A stretch of 64,000 nt of DNA from Candidatus Xenobia bacterium. GTDB lineage: Bacteria > Vulcanimicrobiota > Xenobia > Xenobiales > QWHO01. The position numbers and the translations under genes are program-made. Below, piece after piece: positions 1 through 8,359 of the stretch (its first letter is position 1; every line of letters begins with the position of its first letter). The stretch spans positions 1 through 64,000 of the forward strand of contig BTUM01000040.1 of NCBI GenBank assembly GCA_045863235.1, in the 5' to 3' direction. Under the pieces are notes generated by a model. The model did no database searches, had not been told where the DNA came from, and saw only the letters and a list, made by a program, of their open reading frames with translations.

Positions 1-318
1 TTTGTCCCCGCGGGGGACGAACACTTGCTCGGCCTGCAGGCTTGGCAGACGAACGCCAGTTTGTCCCCGCGGGGAACGAACGCGTGCTCGGCTTGCAGGC
101 TTGGCAGACGAACGCCAGTTTGTCCCCGCGGGGAACGAACGCGTGCTCGCGTGCTCGGCTTGCAAGCGAACGCCAGTTTGTCCCCGCGGGGAACGAACGC
201 TTGCTCGGCTTGGCAAACGAACGCCAGGTTGTCCCCGGCGGGAACGAACGCGTGCTTGGCTCGCAGACGAACGCCAGTTTGTCCCCGCGGGGGACGAACG
301 CGTGCTCGGTGCGAACGT
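1..318. repeat. REP-like tandem array, 6 copies of a 50-59 bp unit with palindromic core GTTTGTCCCC-GCG-GGG(G/A)ACGAAC; truncated by window start
   Basis: Core TTTGTCCCC (GTTGTCCCC in copy 5) starts at 1, 60, 119, 177, 228, 278; inter-core segments are homologous to each other. Confidence 0.9.
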
Positions 319-320
319 AC

Positions 321-1193
321 TCAGCGCAAGGCTTCGTTCAGGAGGGTGGCCAGCCGGTACCCCCCGGACACGATGCGCCGGCGGCACAGGTTCTGAGTGT
401 ATCGGCTGTAGGCTTCGGAGGGGGCCTGATTCTCCCGGATGCCGGGATAGGCCACTTCCACCGCCAGTTTGTAACTCTCCTGGCGCCAGGTGAGGGCGGA
501 CAGGTCGTCCAGCCCTGGCCCGTAGGAGCTGCGGGTGTTGGCCGCCCGCCACTCGCGCGAGAGCTCTCGCACCTGGACCGGGGTCAGCTCCTCCAGGAAC
601 AGGCCGCAGCCCTGGTCCCAATAGCTGTGCAGGTTGTCGATCGTGTCCGGTTGGCCGGCCCAGTTCACGAAGGCCGGACCGTCGATCTTGAACAGGTTGC
701 CGCCCCGGTCGCCCCGCGGTTGGGCGGGAGTGTAGCGAGTGGTGGCGTGCAAGGGCTGGTGGATGTCGCCCACCAGGTGGCCCACCCAGGCCAGGGCCCG
801 GGCCCGCTCTTTGCGCGGGCGATTGCGGTCGGCCAGAATCGTCAGGTTGTCGCTCAGTGCCTGCACCAGCTCGCCCTGGGTCCTGGCTCCTCGCGCGGGC
901 ATTCCATCGTAGAAGGGGACGCTGGAGTAGTGCCAGATGGGATGATTATAGGGCTGCAGGGGGCCTCCGCTGCGCACCGTGTCAGGCCAGGTGCAGGCGA
1001 TGGGCAGGTTGTCGAACGCGCGCCGCACGGTGGGGAGGCCCACCGAAAGCAGGGCCTGCACCTGGGCCCGTGCCCGAGGGGTGAGCTGGTCGAGGGCGAT
1101 CTGGCCCACAACCCGGTGGCCCTGCTCGCCCCAGCCCAGAGCGGGGAAGGCCATTCCCAGGATCATAGCGACGGTGCAGAGTGCTCTTTTCAT
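321..1193 (-). CDS. Secreted S1/P1 family nuclease
   Basis: Signal peptide MKRALCTVAMILGMAFPALG followed by WGEQGH, and WPD, WHY, HLVGDIHQPLH, NLHSYWD zinc-ligand motifs; real start is ATG 1193, the longer ORF runs into the repeat. Confidence 0.92.
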   Translation of the reverse strand: MKRALCTVAMILGMAFPALGWGEQGHRVVGQIALDQLTPRARAQVQALLSVGLPTVRRAFDNLPIACTWPDTVRSGGPLQPYNHPIWHYSSVPFYDGMPARGARTQGELVQALSDNLTILADRNRPRKERARALAWVGHLVGDIHQPLHATTRYTPAQPRGDRGGNLFKIDGPAFVNWAGQPDTIDNLHSYWDQGCGLFLEELTPVQVRELSREWRAANTRSSYGPGLDDLSALTWRQESYKLAVEVAYPGIRENQAPSEAYSRYTQNLCRRRIVSGGYRLATLLNEALR

Positions 1194-1252
1194 AGGCCGA
1201 GATTCTTGCTCGGTCAGGGGAGTCCCCCCGAGCAGGGCGCTTCTTGCAGACA

Positions 1253-1620
1253 GACGCGCGAGACGCACGAGACTCACGAGACTCGCGAGACGCGCGAGAC
1301 GCACGAGACGCGCGAGACGCGCGGGACTCGCGAGACGCACGAGACGCGCGAGACGCGCGGGACTCGCGAGACGCGCGAGACTCGCGAGACGCACGAGACG
1401 CACGAGACGCACGAGACGCGCGAGACGCGCGAGACGCACGAGACGCACGAGACGCGCGGGACTCGCGAGACGCGCGAGACGCGCGGGACTCGCGAGACGC
1501 ACGAGACGCACGAGACGCGCGAGACGCGCGGGACGCGAGACTCGCGAGACGCGAGACGCGACAGCGAGGCGAGAGACGCGACAGCGAGGCGAGAGACGCG
1601 ACATCGAGGCGAGAGACGCA
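1253..1620. repeat. Minisatellite: about 32 x 9 bp GAC(G/T)C(G/A)CG(A/G), then 3 x 20 bp GAGACGCGACA(G/T)CGAGGCGA
   Basis: Directly visible; 9-mers at 1253-1540, 20-mers at 1553, 1573, 1593. Confidence 0.95.
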
Positions 1621-1665
1621 GGCCTCGTTCAGGTTTCTTTCCTGCGCCAGGGCTAGCATGCTGGC

Positions 1666-3900
1666 ATGCTCGTCACACTGGGCAATCTGAACCCATCGCC
1701 AGGTCGACCGCGGACCAGGCAGCCGGACCCGGCTGACCTGAGCCAGCTATCGCCCTGCGAGGTGGTGCAGCTCTCGGCCACCCGAAGGGTGGACCCGAAG
1801 GTTCTGCTCGATGCGCTGGGCACGCTGCCGCTGGAGGTGGTCAACCACGTCCCCTCCCCTATCTTGCGGGCCACCCTGGAGGCGGCCCGAGCCGCTCGCC
1901 TGCAGCTCGAGACCGAGCCGGCAGTGGGACAGGCCCTGGAGTACAGGCTGCAACGCTGGCAGGACTGCCACCGGCTGAACCTGGAGGGGGGAACCCTGCA
2001 AGACGCATTGACTCGCCCGGGAGTTGGAGTGGTGGGAAAGATCATCACCATGCCCGCCCCCGAGAGCGGAGAGCCGGTGGAGCTCGAGCGAGTGGCCGGA
2101 AGCGAAAGCCTGGACCTGCTCACCCGAACGATGGACTCGGCCTCGCGCCCCGAGCTGGTCGCGGCGGCCGAGCAGATGAGCCGCCTGGCCGAAAAGGGCC
2201 ATCCCCCCCACACCGGATACAGCCAGGTGGCGGTCCTGCGAAAGCTCTTGAGCACGCTTCCTGAGCGCGCTGACGACGAACTGCTCGAGCGCGAGCTCAA
2301 GCCGCTGGTCCACGGCCAGGAAGGATCCACCGAAGCCCTGGAGCTGGTCATCGCCCACTACGGGCCCTCGCGCGCAATGGATCTCGTCCTGAAAGGCTCC
2401 GATCCCAAGGCCGATCACCTCGACTGTCTGACCGAGCAGGTCCGCCACACCGGATTCAAGCCCGGCCCCGAGCAACTGAAGCAGCTGGGCCAGCTGGCGG
2501 TGCAGGGGTCGCGATGCTTCGAGGGCCACCGGTCCACCTTCCGACCCCTCTGCGACCTGCTGGCGGCGGTGGAAAAGCGGCATCCAGGCAGCCTGGAGCT
2601 CTCGGTGCGCGAGGAGGTCCAGCAGGGCTTGCTGAGCCATCCCCAGGTGCTCTGGCCGGCCTATGCCGGCAACCACTACCCCGGCGTCTGCCAGGTGGCG
2701 GTCGGTCATCCGCTTCTCAAAGACCGCCTGATGCAGCGACTTGATCATCCGGCAGCGCTGGCCCTTCTGACCCACGCCGACCTCGACGAGGGGGAGTGGG
2801 CCCGGCTCAAGCTCGAGGTGAGCAAGGGCCCCCGCTTCGACAACGACCACACCCCCGGCGAGTTCGCCCGGGCCGAGCTGCGGCGACGCCTGGGGCAGCT
2901 CTCCCCCAGGCAGGCCGTCGAACGCGTGGACGAGCTGGCCGCCCGGACCGGCGTGGACCGCGACAAAGCTCACAACTTCCTGCTCGACCGCCTGCTCGAG
3001 GCGATTGCACCCGGCGACAAGCCGGACCTGGCCAAAGTGGCCAGTTGGACCAGCCACGCCGCTCCCTTCTTCCCCATCTTCGAGGAGGCCGTACGCCAGG
3101 ATCGCTTCGAGTCCACCGTGCGCGAGGTGCAGGGCAGCCTGGAGCGGATGTCCGTGGGGCTGGTGGGCGGGCACGAGCAACTGGTGGCCGGTCTGGCCCG
3201 ACTGGCTCAAGACCGCCCCCTGCAAGAGATGGAGCGCCGCTATGCGACTGTGCTCGACTCGCTGCACGATACTCACGGCAGCATCGGGGGCACTCAAAAC
3301 AGCCTCAAGATCCTGCAAGCGCTCAACCATCTCCCCGAAGACGCACTGGCCTCGTCCCTGCAGGGAGTGGCCCGGCTCAAGGCCCTGGGCTGGGAGTCGA
3401 GCAAGCCTCTGGAGCAGATCTTCGAGGCCATTGCGGGAGCCGCTCCCGGCCAGGGCCTGGAGCTCTTTGACGGCATCCTGCGCCACTTCGAGCCGAAGCA
3501 GTTCGACCTGGCTCTGGGCTTTTATCAGGCCATGCGCGCGAGCGACAGTCCTATCGAGCCTTCCCTGGAGCGCTTTCAGCGGGCCTGCCAGTGCACTCCC
3601 AGGACCACCGACGCGCTGGCCCTGTTGCCCGCGCTGAACCGCCTGGACTCGGCTCAGAAGCTGGACACGGGGTTCGAGGTGTTGGAACGCATCCAGAAAG
3701 CAGATAGCTCAGACGGTTTCCTGCCGGCCGCCGAGAAGGCCCTGCAGGCCTTGGAGCAGGGCCAGACTCCCGACCAGGCCCTGCGAGCGGCGCTGGGCAA
3801 GCTGTTGCCCGCTGCCGGCGAATCGGTGAGCGGCATCCGCCTGCAGGGCAACCACCTGAAGGTGGGCGGTACCAGCCTGCGGGTCCGCGCGCGGCAGTGA
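1666..3900 (+). CDS. Hypothetical helical protein (744 aa) with C-terminal GIRLQGNHLKVGGTSLRVR tail
   Basis: Long ORF with genome-typical GC3 bias; stop overlaps next start (GTGA); no family recognised. Confidence 0.75.
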   Translation: MLVTLGNLNPSPGRPRTRQPDPADLSQLSPCEVVQLSATRRVDPKVLLDALGTLPLEVVNHVPSPILRATLEAARAARLQLETEPAVGQALEYRLQRWQDCHRLNLEGGTLQDALTRPGVGVVGKIITMPAPESGEPVELERVAGSESLDLLTRTMDSASRPELVAAAEQMSRLAEKGHPPHTGYSQVAVLRKLLSTLPERADDELLERELKPLVHGQEGSTEALELVIAHYGPSRAMDLVLKGSDPKADHLDCLTEQVRHTGFKPGPEQLKQLGQLAVQGSRCFEGHRSTFRPLCDLLAAVEKRHPGSLELSVREEVQQGLLSHPQVLWPAYAGNHYPGVCQVAVGHPLLKDRLMQRLDHPAALALLTHADLDEGEWARLKLEVSKGPRFDNDHTPGEFARAELRRRLGQLSPRQAVERVDELAARTGVDRDKAHNFLLDRLLEAIAPGDKPDLAKVASWTSHAAPFFPIFEEAVRQDRFESTVREVQGSLERMSVGLVGGHEQLVAGLARLAQDRPLQEMERRYATVLDSLHDTHGSIGGTQNSLKILQALNHLPEDALASSLQGVARLKALGWESSKPLEQIFEAIAGAAPGQGLELFDGILRHFEPKQFDLALGFYQAMRASDSPIEPSLERFQRACQCTPRTTDALALLPALNRLDSAQKLDTGFEVLERIQKADSSDGFLPAAEKALQALEQGQTPDQALRAALGKLLPAAGESVSGIRLQGNHLKVGGTSLRVRARQ

Positions 3901-6062
3901 AACGGGTCTGCCTGGCCCTGCTGGCGCTGCTGCTGGCCTGCTCTCCCTCCCCCGGGCCGCCTTCGCCCTCCCCGGCGCCGGCCGGCTCTCCCGACTACCT
4001 CGGCACCCAGCGCTGCGCCGCCTGCCATCACGACGAGATGCAGGCCTGGAGGGGCTCTCATCACGATCTGGCCATGCAAGAGCCGACCGAGAAGTCGGTG
4101 CTGGGCGACTTCCAAAACGCCACCTTCACCTCGCACGGGGTCAGCACCACTTTCTTCCGGCGCGACGGGGGCTGGTGGGTGCGCACCGAGGGACAGGAAT
4201 ACAAGGTGCGCTACGTCTTCGGGGTGGAGCCGCTCCAGCAGCTCTTGCTCGAGCTCCCGGGCGGCAAGCTGCAGGCCCTGAGCGTGGCCTGGGACACCCG
4301 CAAGAAGCGCTGGTTCCACCTCTACCCGGACGAGAAGCTCGCTCCCGACGATGAGTTGCACTGGACGGCCCGGTCCCAGAACTGGAACCACATGTGCGCC
4401 GACTGCCACTCCACCCGCCTGGTCAAGGGCTACCAACCCGAGTCGCACCAGTATGATACCCGCTACTTCGAGATCAACGTCACCTGCGAAGCCTGTCACG
4501 GTCCCGGCGGGCAGCATCCGGAGGGCCCCGGCCTGCCGGCCCGGCTGACGCCCCCTCCGGGACGCTTTCAGCACATCGACCCCAAGACCGGCAGCCCGCG
4601 ACCGGAAGACAACAGCTACGCCCGCCGCGAGGCCGATCTGTGCGCCCGCTGCCACTCGCGGCGTCACCAGTTCCGAGACGAGTGGACTCCGGGCGACCCG
4701 TTGCTGGACGCCTTCGTGCCCTCGATGCTCGAGAGCGAGCTCTACGAGGCCGATGGCCAGCAACGAGACGAGGTCTACAGCTACGCCTCCTTCTTGCAGA
4801 GCAAGATGTATCGCGCGGGGGTGGCCTGCAGCGACTGCCACGATCCCCATTCGCTCGAGCTGCGCGCCCGGGGCAACGCGCTCTGCCTGCGCTGTCACCA
4901 GGCCGAACGGTTCGACGTTCCGAGCCACACCCACCACCCGGTCGGCAGCCCGGGAGGGCGGTGCGTGGAATGCCATGCCCCGGCCCGGGTCTACATGGAG
5001 ATCGATCCGCGCCGCGATCACAGCTTCCGGGTGCCGCGCCCCGACCTGAGCCTGAAGTACGGCACCCCCAACGCTTGCAACCAGTGCCACCAGGACAAGA
5101 CCACCCGCTGGGCCGCCGAATGGTTCGGCAAATGGTATGGCGACAAGCCCCGGCCCCACTTCGTCGAGGACTTCCATGCGGCCCGCCGGGGAGCCCCCGG
5201 GGCCGATGCCCGGCTCGCCCGACTGGCCGGGGACCAGAGCCAGTCCGAGATCGTGCGGGCCACGGCGCTGTCGCTGCTGGCCGGCTCGCCCCGGGCTCTG
5301 CAGGCCTTGCTGGCCGCCCTGCAAGATCCCGATCCCCTGCTCCGCCTGGCGGCTACCCGCCGAATGGCGGCCCTGCCGCCTGACCTGCGGGTGCAGAGCC
5401 TGAGCGGGGTGCTGGGAGACCCGGTGCGGGCGGTGCGCATGGAAGCGGCTGTGGGCCTGGCCGGCTCGGCCTCGCAGCTGAGCGAGCCGCAACAAAGAGA
5501 GCTCGAGCGAGGTCTGGCAGAGTATCTGGAGGCTCAGCTGCGCAACTCGGACCTGCCCGAGTCGCACCTCAACCGGGGCCTGTTGCTGCTTACCCAGGGC
5601 AAACCAGCCGAGGCCGAGGCAGCGTATCGGGAAGCCCTCCGGCTCGACCCCGCTTTCGCCCCGGCCTACGTCAACCTGGCCGACCTCAAGCGCGAGCAGG
5701 GCCGCGATGAGGAGGCTGAGCCCGTTCTGCGCGAAGCGCTCGAGCTCTGCCCGGACCACAATCGGGCCGAGGTCTACCACGCCCTCGGCCTGCTCGAGAT
5801 CCGCCGCAAGCAGTCCTCCCAGGCCCTGGCAAGCCTGGCCGAGGCTTACCGGCGCCGACCCGATGGGGCTGGCTTCGCGCTGGTCTATGCCCTGGCCCTG
5901 GAGCAGGCGGGGCAGAAGGCCAGGGCGGTCAAAGTATTGCGCAAGCGGCTCGAGAGACACCCCTATGATCCGGAAGTGCTGGCCCTCATGACCACCTGGC
6001 TGGGGAACACGAAGGAGGGCCAGGACTGCGCGGCCCGCCTGATCGAGCTTCAGAAGCAGTAG
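3897..6062 (+). CDS. Octaheme cytochrome c lipoprotein fused to HEAT and TPR repeats
   Basis: Lipobox LLAC; eight CxxCH motifs (CAACH, CADCH, CEACH, CARCH, CSDCH, CLRCH, CVECH, CNQCH); C-terminal TPR-like repeats (AEAAYREALRLDP). Confidence 0.9.
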   Translation: MKRVCLALLALLLACSPSPGPPSPSPAPAGSPDYLGTQRCAACHHDEMQAWRGSHHDLAMQEPTEKSVLGDFQNATFTSHGVSTTFFRRDGGWWVRTEGQEYKVRYVFGVEPLQQLLLELPGGKLQALSVAWDTRKKRWFHLYPDEKLAPDDELHWTARSQNWNHMCADCHSTRLVKGYQPESHQYDTRYFEINVTCEACHGPGGQHPEGPGLPARLTPPPGRFQHIDPKTGSPRPEDNSYARREADLCARCHSRRHQFRDEWTPGDPLLDAFVPSMLESELYEADGQQRDEVYSYASFLQSKMYRAGVACSDCHDPHSLELRARGNALCLRCHQAERFDVPSHTHHPVGSPGGRCVECHAPARVYMEIDPRRDHSFRVPRPDLSLKYGTPNACNQCHQDKTTRWAAEWFGKWYGDKPRPHFVEDFHAARRGAPGADARLARLAGDQSQSEIVRATALSLLAGSPRALQALLAALQDPDPLLRLAATRRMAALPPDLRVQSLSGVLGDPVRAVRMEAAVGLAGSASQLSEPQQRELERGLAEYLEAQLRNSDLPESHLNRGLLLLTQGKPAEAEAAYREALRLDPAFAPAYVNLADLKREQGRDEEAEPVLREALELCPDHNRAEVYHALGLLEIRRKQSSQALASLAEAYRRRPDGAGFALVYALALEQAGQKARAVKVLRKRLERHPYDPEVLALMTTWLGNTKEGQDCAARLIELQKQ

Positions 6063-6120
6063 GTGTTTGCCGCTCCTGTCAGTTCAGCGACCTTTCAGAG
6101 CCTTGCGGTAGGCTGCGGGC

Positions 6121-7443
6121 ATGATCATCCAGCCCAGCGCCAGCTACGCCGGTTTCTCGGCTACTCGCCCCGAACGCGCGCCTTCCCCCCCGCAGGACGG
6201 CTTCAGCAGCTCGCCCGAGCCGGCCGGAACGCCCACCGCGGCTCAGCTCCGCCAGCTGTTCCACCAGAGCGACAGCGCCCTTGGCGAATTCGAGGTCTGG
6301 CGTGCCAAGATTGCCCCCGGCAACAACACCCCCCCGGCTCTGACGCCGGATGGCAGCCTGATCATCCAGACCGATCAGGGGCTGGTCACCCTGTCGTCCA
6401 GGGGAGAGAAGACCGGTGAGACCAGGATCGAGGGGCTCTCCAGCTACGCGGTTCCGCTGCGCGACCAGCAGGGGAACGTGTTTTTGTCCACCCTGGAAGG
6501 GATGACCTGCGTCCGCCCGCAGGGAACGATCGGCTGGCAGAAGCCCTTCGGCAGCACCGAGGTCGCCCCCGTCTTCGGCCCGGAGGGGACCCTCTACCAC
6601 GGCAACTATTCCGGAATGCTGCGCCGGATCGACGCCGAGGGCAACCAGCTCTGGGAGCGCCACGTCAATCCTGAGGACGAGAATACCCACATCAACTGGG
6701 CCATGGTCAGCCTTCCCACCGGCGAGGTGGTGGCCAATGAGGACCCGGGCATCTTGCACTGCTTCGATCAGGATGGCAAACATCGCTGGACAAAATTCAA
6801 GGACTCACCCGATTGCAAGGAGGTTGCCGTCACTCCGGAAGGAGAGCTGCTGGTGACCCTGGACGGCAACAGCCTGGCTTGCTACGACCGCGACGGGAAG
6901 ACGAAGTGGCACTATGACTCCGAGCTGGGCCGTCCTCTGAAAGACGGCGAGGAGGCGGGCACCTGGGGGAACACGGTGGTCAGCTCGCAGGCCGTGCTGT
7001 CGCCGGACGGACAGAGCATCTTCGTCGCCGGCAGCTCGGGCACCCTGACCAGCCTGGACCGCCAGGGCAACCAGCGATGGGTGCGTGAGTTCGACCTCCA
7101 TACCAACGATCGGGGCGTCCAGGTCGGCGAGGACGGCACCGTCTACCTGTGCGACGGGAACGGGGGCGTGCACGCCCTCGACCCGGACTCCGGCGAGACG
7201 CGCTGGGAGTTCCACACCGGCGCCCACCAGCAGTACACGAACATTGCCACCCGGGGCGACATGGTCTATCTCTCCACTCACGAGGGGGACGTGCACGCCC
7301 TGAGCCAGAACGCGCTCAAGCACCGGGTGGAGGCAGCCGAGCTCCAGGAGCAACAGGAGCGGCCCACCCAGATCGAGCTCGGTCCCAACCGGGTGATCAT
7401 CGGGGGAGCCTGGCTGCGCACCCGCAAGCCTAGCGCGCAGTAA
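6121..7443 (+). CDS. PQQ-like (BamB-type) beta-propeller repeat protein
   Basis: Repeated G.LYALD..G..RW-type blades (GVHALDPDSGETRWEF, LTSLDRQGNQRW). Confidence 0.85.
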   Translation: MIIQPSASYAGFSATRPERAPSPPQDGFSSSPEPAGTPTAAQLRQLFHQSDSALGEFEVWRAKIAPGNNTPPALTPDGSLIIQTDQGLVTLSSRGEKTGETRIEGLSSYAVPLRDQQGNVFLSTLEGMTCVRPQGTIGWQKPFGSTEVAPVFGPEGTLYHGNYSGMLRRIDAEGNQLWERHVNPEDENTHINWAMVSLPTGEVVANEDPGILHCFDQDGKHRWTKFKDSPDCKEVAVTPEGELLVTLDGNSLACYDRDGKTKWHYDSELGRPLKDGEEAGTWGNTVVSSQAVLSPDGQSIFVAGSSGTLTSLDRQGNQRWVREFDLHTNDRGVQVGEDGTVYLCDGNGGVHALDPDSGETRWEFHTGAHQQYTNIATRGDMVYLSTHEGDVHALSQNALKHRVEAAELQEQQERPTQIELGPNRVIIGGAWLRTRKPSAQ

Positions 7444-7831
7444 CCGTGCCCAACGTCATCTCCGGGGTTTGATCCGAGCCCGCCTTGATCTGCAGCCGGG
7501 CCAGGCCGGTCTTGAAGTTGTAGGGCACGATCCAGTAGACGTCCTTGACCCCGCCGGCGGCCTTGCGATCGCTATCGGGCAGGTCGAAGCGGGTGCCGAG
7601 CTCGTCCTGGAATACAATGGCCAGCGGGTCGGCCGGGGCGCAGCTCACCCGGATGCGAAACTTGCCCAGCCGGCTGTAAGAAAAGCGCCGGTCCACCTTG
7701 AGCTGCTCGCCAACCCAGTGCTTGACCAGGGCCGGCGAGCCGGCAGGCGGGTAGTACCAGACCTTGACCTCGGTCAGCCGGGCCTCAGCCATCGCGCTCG
7801 AGAGCAGCAACAGAAAGAGCATCCTGCGCAT
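7430..7831 (-). CDS. Hypothetical secreted protein
   Basis: Signal peptide MRRMLFLLLLSSAMA; downstream of and co-oriented with the NO-reductase operon. Confidence 0.6.
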   Translation of the reverse strand: MRRMLFLLLLSSAMAEARLTEVKVWYYPPAGSPALVKHWVGEQLKVDRRFSYSRLGKFRIRVSCAPADPLAIVFQDELGTRFDLPDSDRKAAGGVKDVYWIVPYNFKTGLARLQIKAGSDQTPEMTLGTVTAR

Positions 7832-7870
7832 CAAGATTGTTTCGCGCAGGAGGTAGAAATTCCCCGAGCC

Positions 7871-8359
7871 TCAGGGACTGAACAGGAGCCTTCCGGCCAC
7901 CGGATCCAGGCTGACCAGGGCCACCCTCCCGGCTCGAAGCTCGACTTCCTCGTCGAACTCGTAGCGCGGCGATTCGGGAGGCGCGCCCGGGTCGTCGGGC
8001 AGAAAGGTGACCCGCAGGCGCCGGCGCCCCGGCTCCAGAGCCAGCTCCTGCAGCACCGAGAGGGGGCGGTCGTGCTGCACGCCCGGAGCCGTATAGCGCT
8101 GGCTGAGCAGCTTTCTACCGTCCAGCTCGATCTCCAGGCGGTACGGCAGCAGCACCGTCTTGAAGGCCCCGCCCGGAGCGCGCATGTGGGCCGGCAGGTT
8201 GGGATCCTCCTGCATCTGGATGCGCACCTTCTCGCCGGTGGTCTTCCAGCTCAGGCGAAGCGCGGCCAGGGTTGGAGCCTGGCCCACGCCCAGGTGGGAG
8301 ATCAGGCTGACCAGCACCATCCAGACCACCGTGAAGAGATAGGCCTTAAGGTGTCGCAC
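7871..8359 (-). CDS. Hypothetical membrane-anchored protein, last overlap-coupled gene of the eNOR operon
   Basis: N-terminal TM helix; start overlaps the upstream gene's 3' end. Confidence 0.7.
   Translation of the reverse strand: MRHLKAYLFTVVWMVLVSLISHLGVGQAPTLAALRLSWKTTGEKVRIQMQEDPNLPAHMRAPGGAFKTVLLPYRLEIELDGRKLLSQRYTAPGVQHDRPLSVLQELALEPGRRRLRVTFLPDDPGAPPESPRYEFDEEVELRAGRVALVSLDPVAGRLLFSP

Noticed and set aside
1..318. CRISPR array
   Set aside because: The would-be spacers are homologous to each other and variable in length, and no cas genes are in the window
2..1736. Long ORFs across the repeat arrays, including the 137-aa N-terminal extension of the nuclease
   Set aside because: They are open only because the repeats lack stop codons; the nuclease has a clean signal peptide from ATG 1193
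6091..6102. 12-bp match CCTTTCAGAGCC shared with the intergenic region near 43477
   Set aside because: Too short to distinguish from chance without a genome-wide count
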